From Tolypothrix carrinoi HA7290-LM1 (lineage in GTDB: Bacteria > Cyanobacteriota > Cyanobacteriia > Cyanobacteriales > Nostocaceae), in assembly GCA_019358935.1 (NCBI GenBank), contig JAHHIK010000060.1, positions 1-50,729 on the forward strand: 50,729 bases of DNA. Reading direction: 5' to 3'. Position 1 is the stretch's first letter. The number at the start of each line of letters is the position of its first letter. Position numbers and translations under genes: made by a program. Below the pieces are notes generated by a model. That model saw only the letters and a program-made list of their open reading frames with translations, was not told where the DNA came from and searched no databases. Below, piece by piece: positions 30,536 to 39,382 of the stretch.

Positions 30536-30560
30536 TTTATCAATCTAGATACCGTGCAAT
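30536..30560 (-). promoter_or_regulatory. Degenerate operator box ATTGCACGGTATCTAGATTGATAAA upstream of sbpA
   Basis: ACGGTA-N4-GATTGA fits the spacing of the other copies with several mismatches. Confidence 0.5.
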
Positions 30561-30647
30561 AGATATTACAGCGGTCAACCTAAAAATGCAAGAGCAAAGC
30601 TCCACATCGTTGATAGATAATATGTAGATTTGAGAATATAAAAAATT

Positions 30648-30886
30648 TGGGCATTGGGCACGCTCGCATTGGGCAATGGGCAATGGGCATCGGGCAATGG
30701 GAATTAAAAAAACTCAAGAACGTAATGCGCGAACGATCCGAGGATTCTTTCTATGCCCCATGCCCCATGACGGCAGGTGCTCCACGCAGGTGATCCCCAA
30801 GACCGCACTGCCTCCCCCATGCCCCATGACGGCAGGTGCTCCACGCAGGTGATCCCCAAGACCGCACTGCCTCCCCCATGCCCCAT
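30648..30886. repeat. STRR units plus two identical dispersed-repeat units in tandem (59-bp period, from 30770 and 30829)
   Basis: ACGGCAGGTGCTCCACGCAGGTGATCCCCAAGACCGCACTGCCTCCCCCATGCCCCAT repeated twice. Confidence 0.9.
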
Positions 30887-30889
30887 TAC

Positions 30890-31663
30890 CTATGTAAATT
30901 TTAAGGGCAAACCGTCCTGAAATACTAGCAGTTCTCCGGGTTGGATTTGCGTCCAAACTTCGTTGTCGGTGAGGGGGGTAGTAGCGATAACAGCAACGCG
31001 ATCGCTCGGAGTGGTCAATTCTTGGAAATCTACAGTTACATCTTGGTCAATCAAGTGAGCCGCCGCAAACGGCGCTTGTCGTACAATGTAACTAAGCTTG
31101 GTTGAGCAGTGAGCAAAAAAATGCTCTCCTTCTGATAATAAGTAATTAAAAATACCATAAATAGAAATTAAATCAGTAATTTCCCGAAGAGCTAAATATA
31201 GTTCTTTCACGTTTGGCTGACCTGACGGAAAGCGTTGTCTTAACGTTTCTAGTATCAAGCAAAACGCTCTTTCACTATCGGTTTTCCCGACAGCGTGATA
31301 AAACCCCATACATTGAGGGTGAAAATCTGGTAAATCTCCATTGTGAGCAAATACCCAGTACTTTCCCCACAGTTCCCGACGGAAGGGATGGCAGTTTTCT
31401 AGGGCAATTTCTCCTTGAGTGGCTTTGCGGATATGGGCAATCACATGGGTAGAGTGGATGGGATAGCATCGTACCACCTCTGCGATTGGAGAACTAATCG
31501 AGGGTTTGGCATCGATAAAAAGCCGACATCCTTTGCCTTCAAAGAAAGCAATTCCCCAACCATCACTATGGTCGTCAGTTTTTCCTCCCCGTGCAGAAAA
31601 TCCTTCAAAAGAAAAGCAAATATCCGTGGGGACATTGCAGTTCATTCCGAGTAATTGGCACAT
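30890..31663 (-). CDS. Class II glutamine amidotransferase, YafJ/DpaA-like Ntn hydrolase
   Basis: N-terminal MCQLLGM, HSDGWGI, HIRKAT, NCHPF, FAHNG, TDSE. Confidence 0.92.
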   Translation of the reverse strand: MCQLLGMNCNVPTDICFSFEGFSARGGKTDDHSDGWGIAFFEGKGCRLFIDAKPSISSPIAEVVRCYPIHSTHVIAHIRKATQGEIALENCHPFRRELWGKYWVFAHNGDLPDFHPQCMGFYHAVGKTDSERAFCLILETLRQRFPSGQPNVKELYLALREITDLISIYGIFNYLLSEGEHFFAHCSTKLSYIVRQAPFAAAHLIDQDVTVDFQELTTPSDRVAVIATTPLTDNEVWTQIQPGELLVFQDGLPLKFT

Positions 31664-31785
31664 AGCGATCGCATCTGTGAACTATAGACATTAATGCCGT
31701 TAGCCCCAAGATACTTCACAATGGCTGATTTAATCTGGAGCGATCGCAACAAGAATGAAGATTTAGCTTTGTCAAATCCTTCTTT

Positions 31786-32085
31786 CTATGCTAAAACATT
31801 GTAGCGGCGGATATCCGGTTCAGCAACAACCAATCCTTCGAGTTTAGCTGCTGCCGTGTTGAAATGATCGCAGACTAGATGAGTATCTAGAACCTGATGA
31901 GAAGCCCATTCTTCCACAAAAGTAAAGTCTGTCGGGTCAGAATCGTTTTGTAAAAGTTCATACTTGATGCAACCCGCTTCCTCTCGAGTTGGTTCAATCA
32001 ATTGTAGCAACACAGCTTTGAGAGCTTCTACTTTTTCGGGTACAGCAATCAGACGGGCAACAACGCGAATGGTTTTGTTAGTCAT
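31786..32085 (-). CDS. ABM-domain putative quinol monooxygenase
   Basis: TREEAGCIKYEL, FTFVEEWAS, H..CDHF. Confidence 0.88.
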   Translation of the reverse strand: MTNKTIRVVARLIAVPEKVEALKAVLLQLIEPTREEAGCIKYELLQNDSDPTDFTFVEEWASHQVLDTHLVCDHFNTAAAKLEGLVVAEPDIRRYNVLA

Positions 32086-32170
32086 TAGTCAATGGGGAAT
32101 GGGGAATGGGGAATGGGGAATGGGTAATGGGGAATAGGGAAAAGGAATTAATTCTTCATCTCAAGAATGC

Positions 32171-32893
32171 TCAAGAACAGCTCCCCCTTGTCCCCCTTGT
32201 CCCCCTTGTCCCCCTTGTCCCCCTTGTCCCCCATCTCCCCCTCTCCCCAATGCCCACTTGACGGGATGCTACCATGTAGCGGAATATATATTCCACCAAT
32301 TCTATGTAGTTACGAGCTGTTTCGGGGGAAGATGCCCAGACTGTAACACCGTGGTCGCGGATGAGCAAGGCTGACACCTGCGGCAAAGTAACACTGAAGC
32401 GCTCTTTAATCTGGGCCGCAATCTGGAAAACTTCTAAATGGTTAGCGAATATGGGAATAACACAACGAGGATTTTCTTCCCGCACTCCTAGCCCTTTCAA
32501 CATCTCCAAGGGTGGCAAAATTAGGGTATCTCCCTGCACAAAGCGAGAAACTAAATTCGCCTCAATTGAGTGGACATGATAACAAGCTTGTGCTTCTGGA
32601 AATAGAGTATAAAGAATTTGATGAATGGCTGTTTCCGCCGAAGGCTTCAAATCAGGTGATGATTGCGCTACTTTGCCATCTGGATAAATGCGAACGAAAT
32701 CACTATCGGATAATTTGCCTTTAGAGCGACCGCTAGCGGTAATCCAGAAACTACCATCAGGTAAGCGAATCGAGAGATTTCCCGCAGTTCCCATCATCCA
32801 ACCCTGGTGGTAAAAGTTATGGGCTGTAGCAATTAACTCACGACGGGGATCTAAATCTTGAGCGTGAGTAGATAGTGATTGATATTCAATCAT
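32171..32893 (-). CDS. mtnB: Methylthioribulose-1-phosphate dehydratase (repeat-derived GTR tail)
   Basis: GWMMGTAGNLS, ITASG, PSAETAIH, HVHS, LEMLKG, HGVTVW. Confidence 0.92.
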   Translation of the reverse strand: MIEYQSLSTHAQDLDPRRELIATAHNFYHQGWMMGTAGNLSIRLPDGSFWITASGRSKGKLSDSDFVRIYPDGKVAQSSPDLKPSAETAIHQILYTLFPEAQACYHVHSIEANLVSRFVQGDTLILPPLEMLKGLGVREENPRCVIPIFANHLEVFQIAAQIKERFSVTLPQVSALLIRDHGVTVWASSPETARNYIELVEYIFRYMVASRQVGIGERGRWGTRGTRGTRGTRGTRGSCS

Positions 32894-33527
32894 GCGATCG
32901 CTCCCATAATCTAGCTAATTGGTCACGCACCTCAAAGAAGTCATTCCAGGGAATGTAAGGTTTTTGGGATTCATCGAGATATTGTGCTAAACGAAGCTGT
33001 GCAAATACCACAGAAGCCTCAATTGCCATATTTAAGTCAGTAATCGAATCCCCGATCGCTATCTTCTCATCAGCCGGATACTCGGACATCACCTGCACTT
33101 TCGCAATTAGTTCTGTATCCCCCTCGTAGTCACTACTTACCGCCAAGTACTCACCACTGGTATCCACATCCACAGCATAAAGTGCATGAACCCGTTGCAC
33201 CAACCCACCCAAAACAACTTCCACCATTCCCCGCAGTCCCCCAGAAACCACCACCAAAGGTACTTTTTCCACCTCTAGGAAATCTAGCAGTTCTATAAAT
33301 CCCGGACGTATCGCCTGAGGTCGAGTAAATTCCAAAATTTCCGCATAGCTTGAAGATGGAATTGATTCGAGTATTTGCCTGACTCCCTCTGGCAAAGTCA
33401 ACTTTCGTGCGTACATTTGGGGAATTAACTGAGCAGAAAGCGTCGGTGCAAAATGTTTCAGAACCGTAACAAACGTTTCCTCAGTCGTAATAGTGCCATC
33501 AAAATCGCAAAAAACTATTTTTTTCAT
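32886..33527 (-). CDS. mtnX: HAD-IB phosphatase, MtnX-like
   Basis: FCDFDGTIT, VVSGG, IGDSITD; between mtnD and mtnB; start MKKIVF at 33527. Confidence 0.8.
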   Translation of the reverse strand: MKKIVFCDFDGTITTEETFVTVLKHFAPTLSAQLIPQMYARKLTLPEGVRQILESIPSSSYAEILEFTRPQAIRPGFIELLDFLEVEKVPLVVVSGGLRGMVEVVLGGLVQRVHALYAVDVDTSGEYLAVSSDYEGDTELIAKVQVMSEYPADEKIAIGDSITDLNMAIEASVVFAQLRLAQYLDESQKPYIPWNDFFEVRDQLARLWERSHD

Positions 33528-33540
33528 TAATTCAAAATAG

Positions 33541-34092
33541 CTAGGCAACAGCCTGTCGAGTGCGAATCTTTTTATTAGTGTACTCAGGAACCCAACCTTC
33601 TGTCCCAATGAAATAACGCACCGCTTTAATTCGCCGTGCTGGGGTCAGATAAAACCAGTGTTCAGTTCCTGCTGGCACGTTAATATATTCTTCTGGCTGC
33701 ACTGTGAGTTCTACTTGGCTGCCATCTGGACGCACAAAACCAAAAATCGCTTCTCCATCAATGATGAAGCGCACTTCGTCTTTGCTATGAATGTGGATTT
33801 GGTCAAACTTTACCAGCAGCGCATCAAGGTTGGCAACCCCCGGATGGAAAACAATTAAATCGCGAGATTGATAGCTTGCTGTTTGTTTAAGTTGCTCAAA
33901 ATAGCCATCCAGGGCTTTTAGTACCTGTTGTTTTTCATTTTCGTTGAGGCTATCTTGTGCCAGCAAACGATGTAACTGCGGATTATCTTCTATCTCCCAC
34001 CGATTAAGTTGAATATTGAGGGATGCCAGTTCTTGGGCAATATCCTTCAGATTCGTCAGGACTGTCTTATCTTCTAGTTGTAGAATTGCCAT
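33541..34092 (-). CDS. mtnD: Acireductone dioxygenase
   Basis: Cupin HIHSKDEVRF, VPAGTEHWF, AVRYF...GWVP. Confidence 0.92.
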   Translation of the reverse strand: MAILQLEDKTVLTNLKDIAQELASLNIQLNRWEIEDNPQLHRLLAQDSLNENEKQQVLKALDGYFEQLKQTASYQSRDLIVFHPGVANLDALLVKFDQIHIHSKDEVRFIIDGEAIFGFVRPDGSQVELTVQPEEYINVPAGTEHWFYLTPARRIKAVRYFIGTEGWVPEYTNKKIRTRQAVA

Positions 34093-34361
34093 GACCCTCG
34101 CTCCAATTCAAAATTCAAAAATTAGATTTAGATAAACTCAAATAATCTATCGCTGTAGTTTAATTTCTAGGATATCGACTTTTGCAACAAGTTTAAAGTC
34201 CTTTTGAGAATATTTTTAACTCCTTGATTGTATTGCCGCAGATTCTGTCAAGCGAATCAATCGGTCAGTTTTAGTGTAGATGAAGCAAAGCAAACAAGCA
34301 CAAACTGAGGACTCAGCAAGCACCTGTGAGGTGCGATCGCACTTCGGAGCGTGGCGCTTAT

Positions 34362-35315
34362 TCAAACTTTTAAAGTCTCAACATTAATTAACATTTCTTC
34401 AAAGGCGATAGAAAGCCGACTTTGAAAACGCTGACGATGTTTTAACTTTAAAAAAGGGCGGGTTATTTCCGCAGGAATTAACGAACCATTTCTGTTATCA
34501 ATGATTGTAAGCGATCGCAAAGTTGACAGACACAGTTCTTTTTGCACCATCAAATCAGAAATTGCTGTGGCACCTACACCGTTTTCAACTACAGCCTTGA
34601 CCATTTCACCACTGTTCAACACCGAAATGACATTTAATTGCGATAAATCGATCCCCCAATTTAGCAAAGCTTGGTCAAATCTTTGCTGTGTACCAGAACC
34701 AGACTCGCGCATTACCCATCCAGTTTGAGTTAGTTCTGTTAAGCGAACCTCTCCTAATTCAAACCAGGGGTGAGATTTACCAACCACAATTAGCAAGCGA
34801 TCGCTCGCAACAACTTCTTCCTCTAAAGAAGCCTTCAACGATGCTTGCACTTCTCCTTCCACCAAACCCAAATCAAACACACCCGTTGCTGTTCCTGCAC
34901 AAATCGTTTCTGCATTAGCGAGAGTGCAGTTGACAGCGATCCCCGGATATCTGCGCTGAAAAGAGCTAATCTTTTCTGGCAACCAATAATTACCAATCGT
35001 CAGACTTGCTCCCAAATTCAACTTACCACGTTGCAGATCGTTTAATTCCCGTAAATTTCTTTCAGTCAGAGTAACTTGCTTTAATATTTCCTGTGCTTCC
35101 ATTTGTAGCAATTTCCCTGCCTCTGTGATCTCGATGTGCCGACCAATTCGATGGAAAAGCTTGACTGCATATTCTTCCTCCAAGCTTTGAATTGCCGCAC
35201 TCACAGCAGGCTGAGTAATGTAAAGCGCTTCCGCAGCACGGGTAAAGTGGAGATTTTCCGCAACCGCTACAAAAACTCGCAATTGGTCAAGCGTCATTCC
35301 CGCCATTTTATGCAT
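34362..35315 (-). CDS. LysR-family regulator, CysL/YeiE-like
   Basis: HFTRAAEALYITQPAVS HTH; GASLTIGNYWLP, DLGLVEG, WVMRESGSGT. Confidence 0.9.
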   Translation of the reverse strand: MHKMAGMTLDQLRVFVAVAENLHFTRAAEALYITQPAVSAAIQSLEEEYAVKLFHRIGRHIEITEAGKLLQMEAQEILKQVTLTERNLRELNDLQRGKLNLGASLTIGNYWLPEKISSFQRRYPGIAVNCTLANAETICAGTATGVFDLGLVEGEVQASLKASLEEEVVASDRLLIVVGKSHPWFELGEVRLTELTQTGWVMRESGSGTQQRFDQALLNWGIDLSQLNVISVLNSGEMVKAVVENGVGATAISDLMVQKELCLSTLRSLTIIDNRNGSLIPAEITRPFLKLKHRQRFQSRLSIAFEEMLINVETLKV

Positions 35316-36044
35316 CCCTAAAACTTAGTGTTTGATAAAAACTTTTCAGTTAAATCTTGATCCCACAATTTTTTCAGAAAAGAGAAACAAAGACTCATTT
35401 CCTAGTAGGGTTTGGGGGTATCTGCAATAACTAAATTTATTCAACCAGATGTACTAATTATCGATTTTTAATCACTTTTATTTATTGTTTGGAAAATAAA
35501 TAACATTTGCTTTCATCATATAGGTCGCTTAGAGTAAGTATCAAGCTAGATGCATCAGTACTAGAGCTTCTTGTGATGCTTACCAAAATTAAGTTTCGCA
35601 TAGGGAAGAAACTTCAATTGCTTGAGGCATAGCAAGCTATGCTTTAAGTCGAGTCAAGAAGCCCAGACAGACGCGATCGCGCTTGTGGCTGTTGTTCTTA
35701 GTTGGCAATTACAGGAGATTGTGTATGAGTGTTGAAATTTAAATGAGTGCAAAAAATGTCTTGACTACCGAAAGATTATAGCTCAATTCATAGCCGTTAT
35801 CGCACCGACAACAAAGCCCGCCGCTAATTTCGGCTAATTTATTATTGGTATTATCGGTAACAATATGCTTTTTTGGTCTTTGGTATTTTACTTATTCTTG
35901 TTGTAACTGATTTTTCATCCAAAGATGAAGCGGAAAATTGAAGCAACTCACTTTAGTTTCAGTGATGCCGAAAATCTTTAGTAGTTACGCAACTAACTAC
36001 TATCCACGCTCCTACTAACCAATCCTTATAAGGAATGAATGTAA

Positions 36045-36740
36045 ATGAATCAATTAGTAACAGCAATTCCCACTGGTTTAGCCGCGTTCACTGCAACCAA
36101 CATTGATGACCTTGTTATCCTCACGCTGTTTTTCTCACAAGTCAATAAAACATTTCGTAGTCGGCACATCTATATTGGTCAATATCTCGGTTTCACAGCA
36201 TTAGTTCTTGCTAGTATGACTGGGTTTTTTGGTGGTTTAGTAGTGCCATCAAACTGGATTGGACTACTTGGATTGATGCCAATTGCTACTGGTTTAAGTC
36301 GCTTGCTGAATAAAGAAAGTGATTGTGTTGAATCAGAAACAGTTGTGGCGGAAAAAAGTGCTATAGCTACTTTTATTTCTCCTCAAACTTACAGCGTAGC
36401 TGCCGTTACAGTCGCTAATGGAAGTGACAATATCGGCATCTATATGCCTTTATTTGCCAACAGTACTTGGGAAAGCCTTTTAATAATTATCGGCATCTTC
36501 TTTTCGCTGGTAGGAGTTTGGTGTTACGCTGCTTACACATTAACCAGGCTTCCAGCTATTAATCAAGTCATTACTCCTCACAGCAGTACAGTTGTTCCCT
36601 TTGTTTTAATTGCATTAGGTGCTTATATTGTCTGGGAAAGCGGTGCTTCAATTCTCATCACTTTAGTTGCAAGCTGCTTATATTTAACCTGGCTAATTAT
36701 GGCAAAAAATTATGGACAATCTCCGGAAATGGAGAATTAA
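36045..36740 (+). CDS. CadD-family membrane transporter, paralog 5
   Basis: FTATNIDD, GQYLGF, ANGSDNIGIYMPLF. Confidence 0.9.
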   Translation: MNQLVTAIPTGLAAFTATNIDDLVILTLFFSQVNKTFRSRHIYIGQYLGFTALVLASMTGFFGGLVVPSNWIGLLGLMPIATGLSRLLNKESDCVESETVVAEKSAIATFISPQTYSVAAVTVANGSDNIGIYMPLFANSTWESLLIIIGIFFSLVGVWCYAAYTLTRLPAINQVITPHSSTVVPFVLIALGAYIVWESGASILITLVASCLYLTWLIMAKNYGQSPEMEN

Positions 36741-36967
36741 AGGTAAAAGCGAAGTATTCAAAGCAAGATGGTGGAAAAATTTATGAAGAATACTTCGCAT
36801 TGTAAAAATTATAAAATATTTCCAAAGATATTAGAAATATAATTAATAATAAATAAGCTGACTAGTGCAGAAAGTAAAAAAATCAGCAAGTATTTTAGAT
36901 TTGACAACAAAGATAAATAAGAGTTGTCAATTGTACTACAGGGTAAAATCGAAAAGGAGAAAACAAC

Positions 36968-37801
36968 GTGAAATTTAAACCTTTTTTAATCGCTTTGGTA
37001 ATTCTGGTAAATCTAGTGTTTGTCCAACCTTCATTCGCTGATAAACCTAAATTCACCAAAAATCCTGACTACATAGAGGTGACAAAAGCTCTTGAAAGTC
37101 TAAAGACCGCACAAAGTATACAAGCTCAAGGTGAAAACACTAATCCTCAAGAAATTCAAAAGAAAATTGATGAATTAGAGTTTCAAAAATATGCTTTAGA
37201 AACCGGAACCAGCTGGGGACAGTGTGCAAACCAAACAGACAAAACGCTTGCCGTCTATGGACCACAACCAGATGAAGATGACGTAGGAGAAGATTATCCA
37301 TACGATACTGCACTTTACTTTTTAGCACCTGGTCGGACAACTAAAGAGAAATGGGATTGTAATGGAGTTTATCTACCAAATGATGCCAAACTAACAGCTA
37401 TAAGCTCTAACCAACAAGGTGAAGAATTAGCTGGACCTGGTGCGATCAAAATAGTTGATGGAACTCAGTTAGTCGCGAAGACAAATCCTGATACTTCTGC
37501 TGTTGAGTTGAATATTCCTGCTACTCAAGTTTTTAAAGCAGGTGATCTGAATTGGTTTATCCCTAATGTTTCGCAAGCAATTATAGATACACGAGTTGCA
37601 AACGCGCCTACTGCTAAGATAACTAAGAAAAATCTAGTGGTTGTGCAGAAGAATCTAGAAAAAGACACAGTGCAGAAGAATCTAGAGAAAGAGACTGTAG
37701 AACCCGAAATTCCTACTAAGACTGAGCCACAGGTGCAGCCTCTACGTCGGTACGACGAGCCACGTTTACCAAAGGAAGGCTATTACTACAAAAGACCCTG
37801 A
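36968..37801 (+). CDS. Secreted protein of unknown function, paralog B (C-terminal extension)
   Basis: AGGAG RBS, GTG start, signal peptide QPSFA-D; FTKNPDYI, ELEFQKYA, WGQC, LAVYGP, WDC, NWFIPNVSQA shared with 11606-12268. Confidence 0.88.
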   Translation: MKFKPFLIALVILVNLVFVQPSFADKPKFTKNPDYIEVTKALESLKTAQSIQAQGENTNPQEIQKKIDELEFQKYALETGTSWGQCANQTDKTLAVYGPQPDEDDVGEDYPYDTALYFLAPGRTTKEKWDCNGVYLPNDAKLTAISSNQQGEELAGPGAIKIVDGTQLVAKTNPDTSAVELNIPATQVFKAGDLNWFIPNVSQAIIDTRVANAPTAKITKKNLVVVQKNLEKDTVQKNLEKETVEPEIPTKTEPQVQPLRRYDEPRLPKEGYYYKRP

Positions 37802-37892
37802 ACGGTTAGCACTGCTCAATAAATAAAAGTCGCGGCTAAAAAAACGCGCATCCGCGATTAGGCAAAAAGAGCGAAAAATTCTGAATATCGCC

Positions 37893-37940
37893 AAAGCCAG
37901 AATCTGGGAACAAATAAAACTCAGAATCTGGCTTTTTTTG
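37893..37940 (+). terminator. Possible intrinsic terminator
   Basis: AAAGCCAGA...TCTGGCTTTTTTT stem with U-tract. Confidence 0.5.
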
Positions 37941-38050
37941 TAACAGAAGAGACATTGTGACTAAAACTAAAGATGAAATTGTTACTGAAGGTACTTGGAT
38001 TTCAGGCACATTTTATTTATAAATATAAAATTAGAGTTAGGGTGTTACTC

Positions 38051-38473
38051 ATGCGATCGCTATTCAAACCCAAAAATGTAGATATAGAAAAGGCAAAGTT
38101 AAGAAATCCCTCACGAGTGCGGGATCATTTGGCAAATGAGCGCACTTACTTAGCATGGATGCGGAGTGCGATCGCTCTCATGGGTTTTGGTGTTGTTATC
38201 GTCCGTCTTCGCCACTTCCAACCACCACTTATACCACATCCAGGGGCGGGGTGGAAGTTGGGTTTAATTTTCTCTTTGGTTGGTTTATTAACTGTCTTAC
38301 TCTCAACTCAGCACTATTTCGCCGTTCGCGATAACATCGATGAAGATACCTATGAACCCCCAGATCGCTGGGTAATTCTTTTCAGCCTCTCTATGCTTAT
38401 TTTGGGTGCTGGGGTAATCTATTTTGTCTTCTCTATCCCCCTCGATCCAATGAGTCCTGTGATACCTGAGTGA
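38051..38473 (+). CDS. DUF202/YidH-family membrane protein
   Basis: RDHLANERTYLAWMRSAIALMGFG signature; start uncertain (37973 alternative). Confidence 0.9.
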   Translation: MRSLFKPKNVDIEKAKLRNPSRVRDHLANERTYLAWMRSAIALMGFGVVIVRLRHFQPPLIPHPGAGWKLGLIFSLVGLLTVLLSTQHYFAVRDNIDEDTYEPPDRWVILFSLSMLILGAGVIYFVFSIPLDPMSPVIPE

Positions 38474-38582
38474 TTGCAGCAACTTACCACCATAGCGGGT
38501 TTCAATTAGCTGCAATACATAAAAGAATAAAAGAACCGCAGATAAACACCAACTTTCACGTTCACCCGTTTCTTTTATTTAA

Positions 38583-39323
38583 ATGCTTATTTTCTCTCTC
38601 GCAATAGTCAGCTTTTTTGCTTGGTTGGTTAGCACCCTAGCTGGTGGTGGTAGTCCTTTCATGCTGATACCTCTAGTTAACTCAATCCAAGGTGCCGCAT
38701 CGGTTCCGCCGGTTATTACTATCGGCATGTTTTTCGGAAATGCACATCGCATCGTACTTTTTTGGCGATATATTGACTGGAAATTGACATTATGGTATGC
38801 TCCAGGCGGTATTCTTGGAGCGATGCTCGGTGCGTATACTTTTACCCAAATTCATATAGATTGGTTGCAGTTACTCATCGGCGTTTTTTTGGTAGTTAGC
38901 ATTTTTGGCTTTGGATTAGAACAAAAAGAAACTACATTTAAAGTCAAAGCTTGGTATATTTTACCTGCCGGCTTCGTCAAAGCTTTTGTCTCTGGATTAA
39001 TTGGAACTACAGGTCCAGTATTGAACGCTTTTTATTTAAATTATGGTCTAGTTAAAGAAGAGTTGATTGCTACTAAAGCAACTCATGTAGTAATTATTCA
39101 CTTAGTTAAAATATTGACTTATGCTGCATTTGGAGTATTATCACCGCAGATTATTGCTACTGGTTTAATCATTGGTCTAGTAGCCATACCAGCTAACTTT
39201 CTCGGTAAGTATATTCTCAATAAGATAAATGCTCAACAGTTTCGCTCGATAGTACTCGCAACAATGGCTATCAGCGGTGTATGGATGCTGTGGGGACAAC
39301 GAGATTTACTCGTTTTTTGGTAA
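38583..39323 (+). CDS. Sulfite exporter TauE/SafE family protein (copy 3)
   Basis: STLAGGGSP, SGLIGTTGPVLN, IATKA; about 8 TM helices. Confidence 0.88.
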   Translation: MLIFSLAIVSFFAWLVSTLAGGGSPFMLIPLVNSIQGAASVPPVITIGMFFGNAHRIVLFWRYIDWKLTLWYAPGGILGAMLGAYTFTQIHIDWLQLLIGVFLVVSIFGFGLEQKETTFKVKAWYILPAGFVKAFVSGLIGTTGPVLNAFYLNYGLVKEELIATKATHVVIIHLVKILTYAAFGVLSPQIIATGLIIGLVAIPANFLGKYILNKINAQQFRSIVLATMAISGVWMLWGQRDLLVFW

Positions 39324-39382
39324 TTGGGCAATGGGGAATGGGTAATAGGTAATTGGGAATTGGGGAATGGGTAATAGGTAAT

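Noticed and set aside
30770..30886. Two identical 59-bp units as a CRISPR array
   Set aside because: No spacer; it is a tandem duplication of a dispersed repeat within an STRR tract.
34143..34161. TAATCTATCGCTGTAGTTT upstream of mtnD as another operator box
   Set aside because: Both arms resemble the box but the spacer is about 5 bp too short; possibly a relic, not counted.
35765..35785. CTACCGAAAGATTATAG as an operator box
   Set aside because: Two mismatches in the most conserved TACGGT core; better explained as part of the conserved leader block.
9294..36740. Calling the region a cadmium-resistance island
   Set aside because: Only the family name supports it; no metal-sensing regulator, P-type ATPase or RND metal pump is present.
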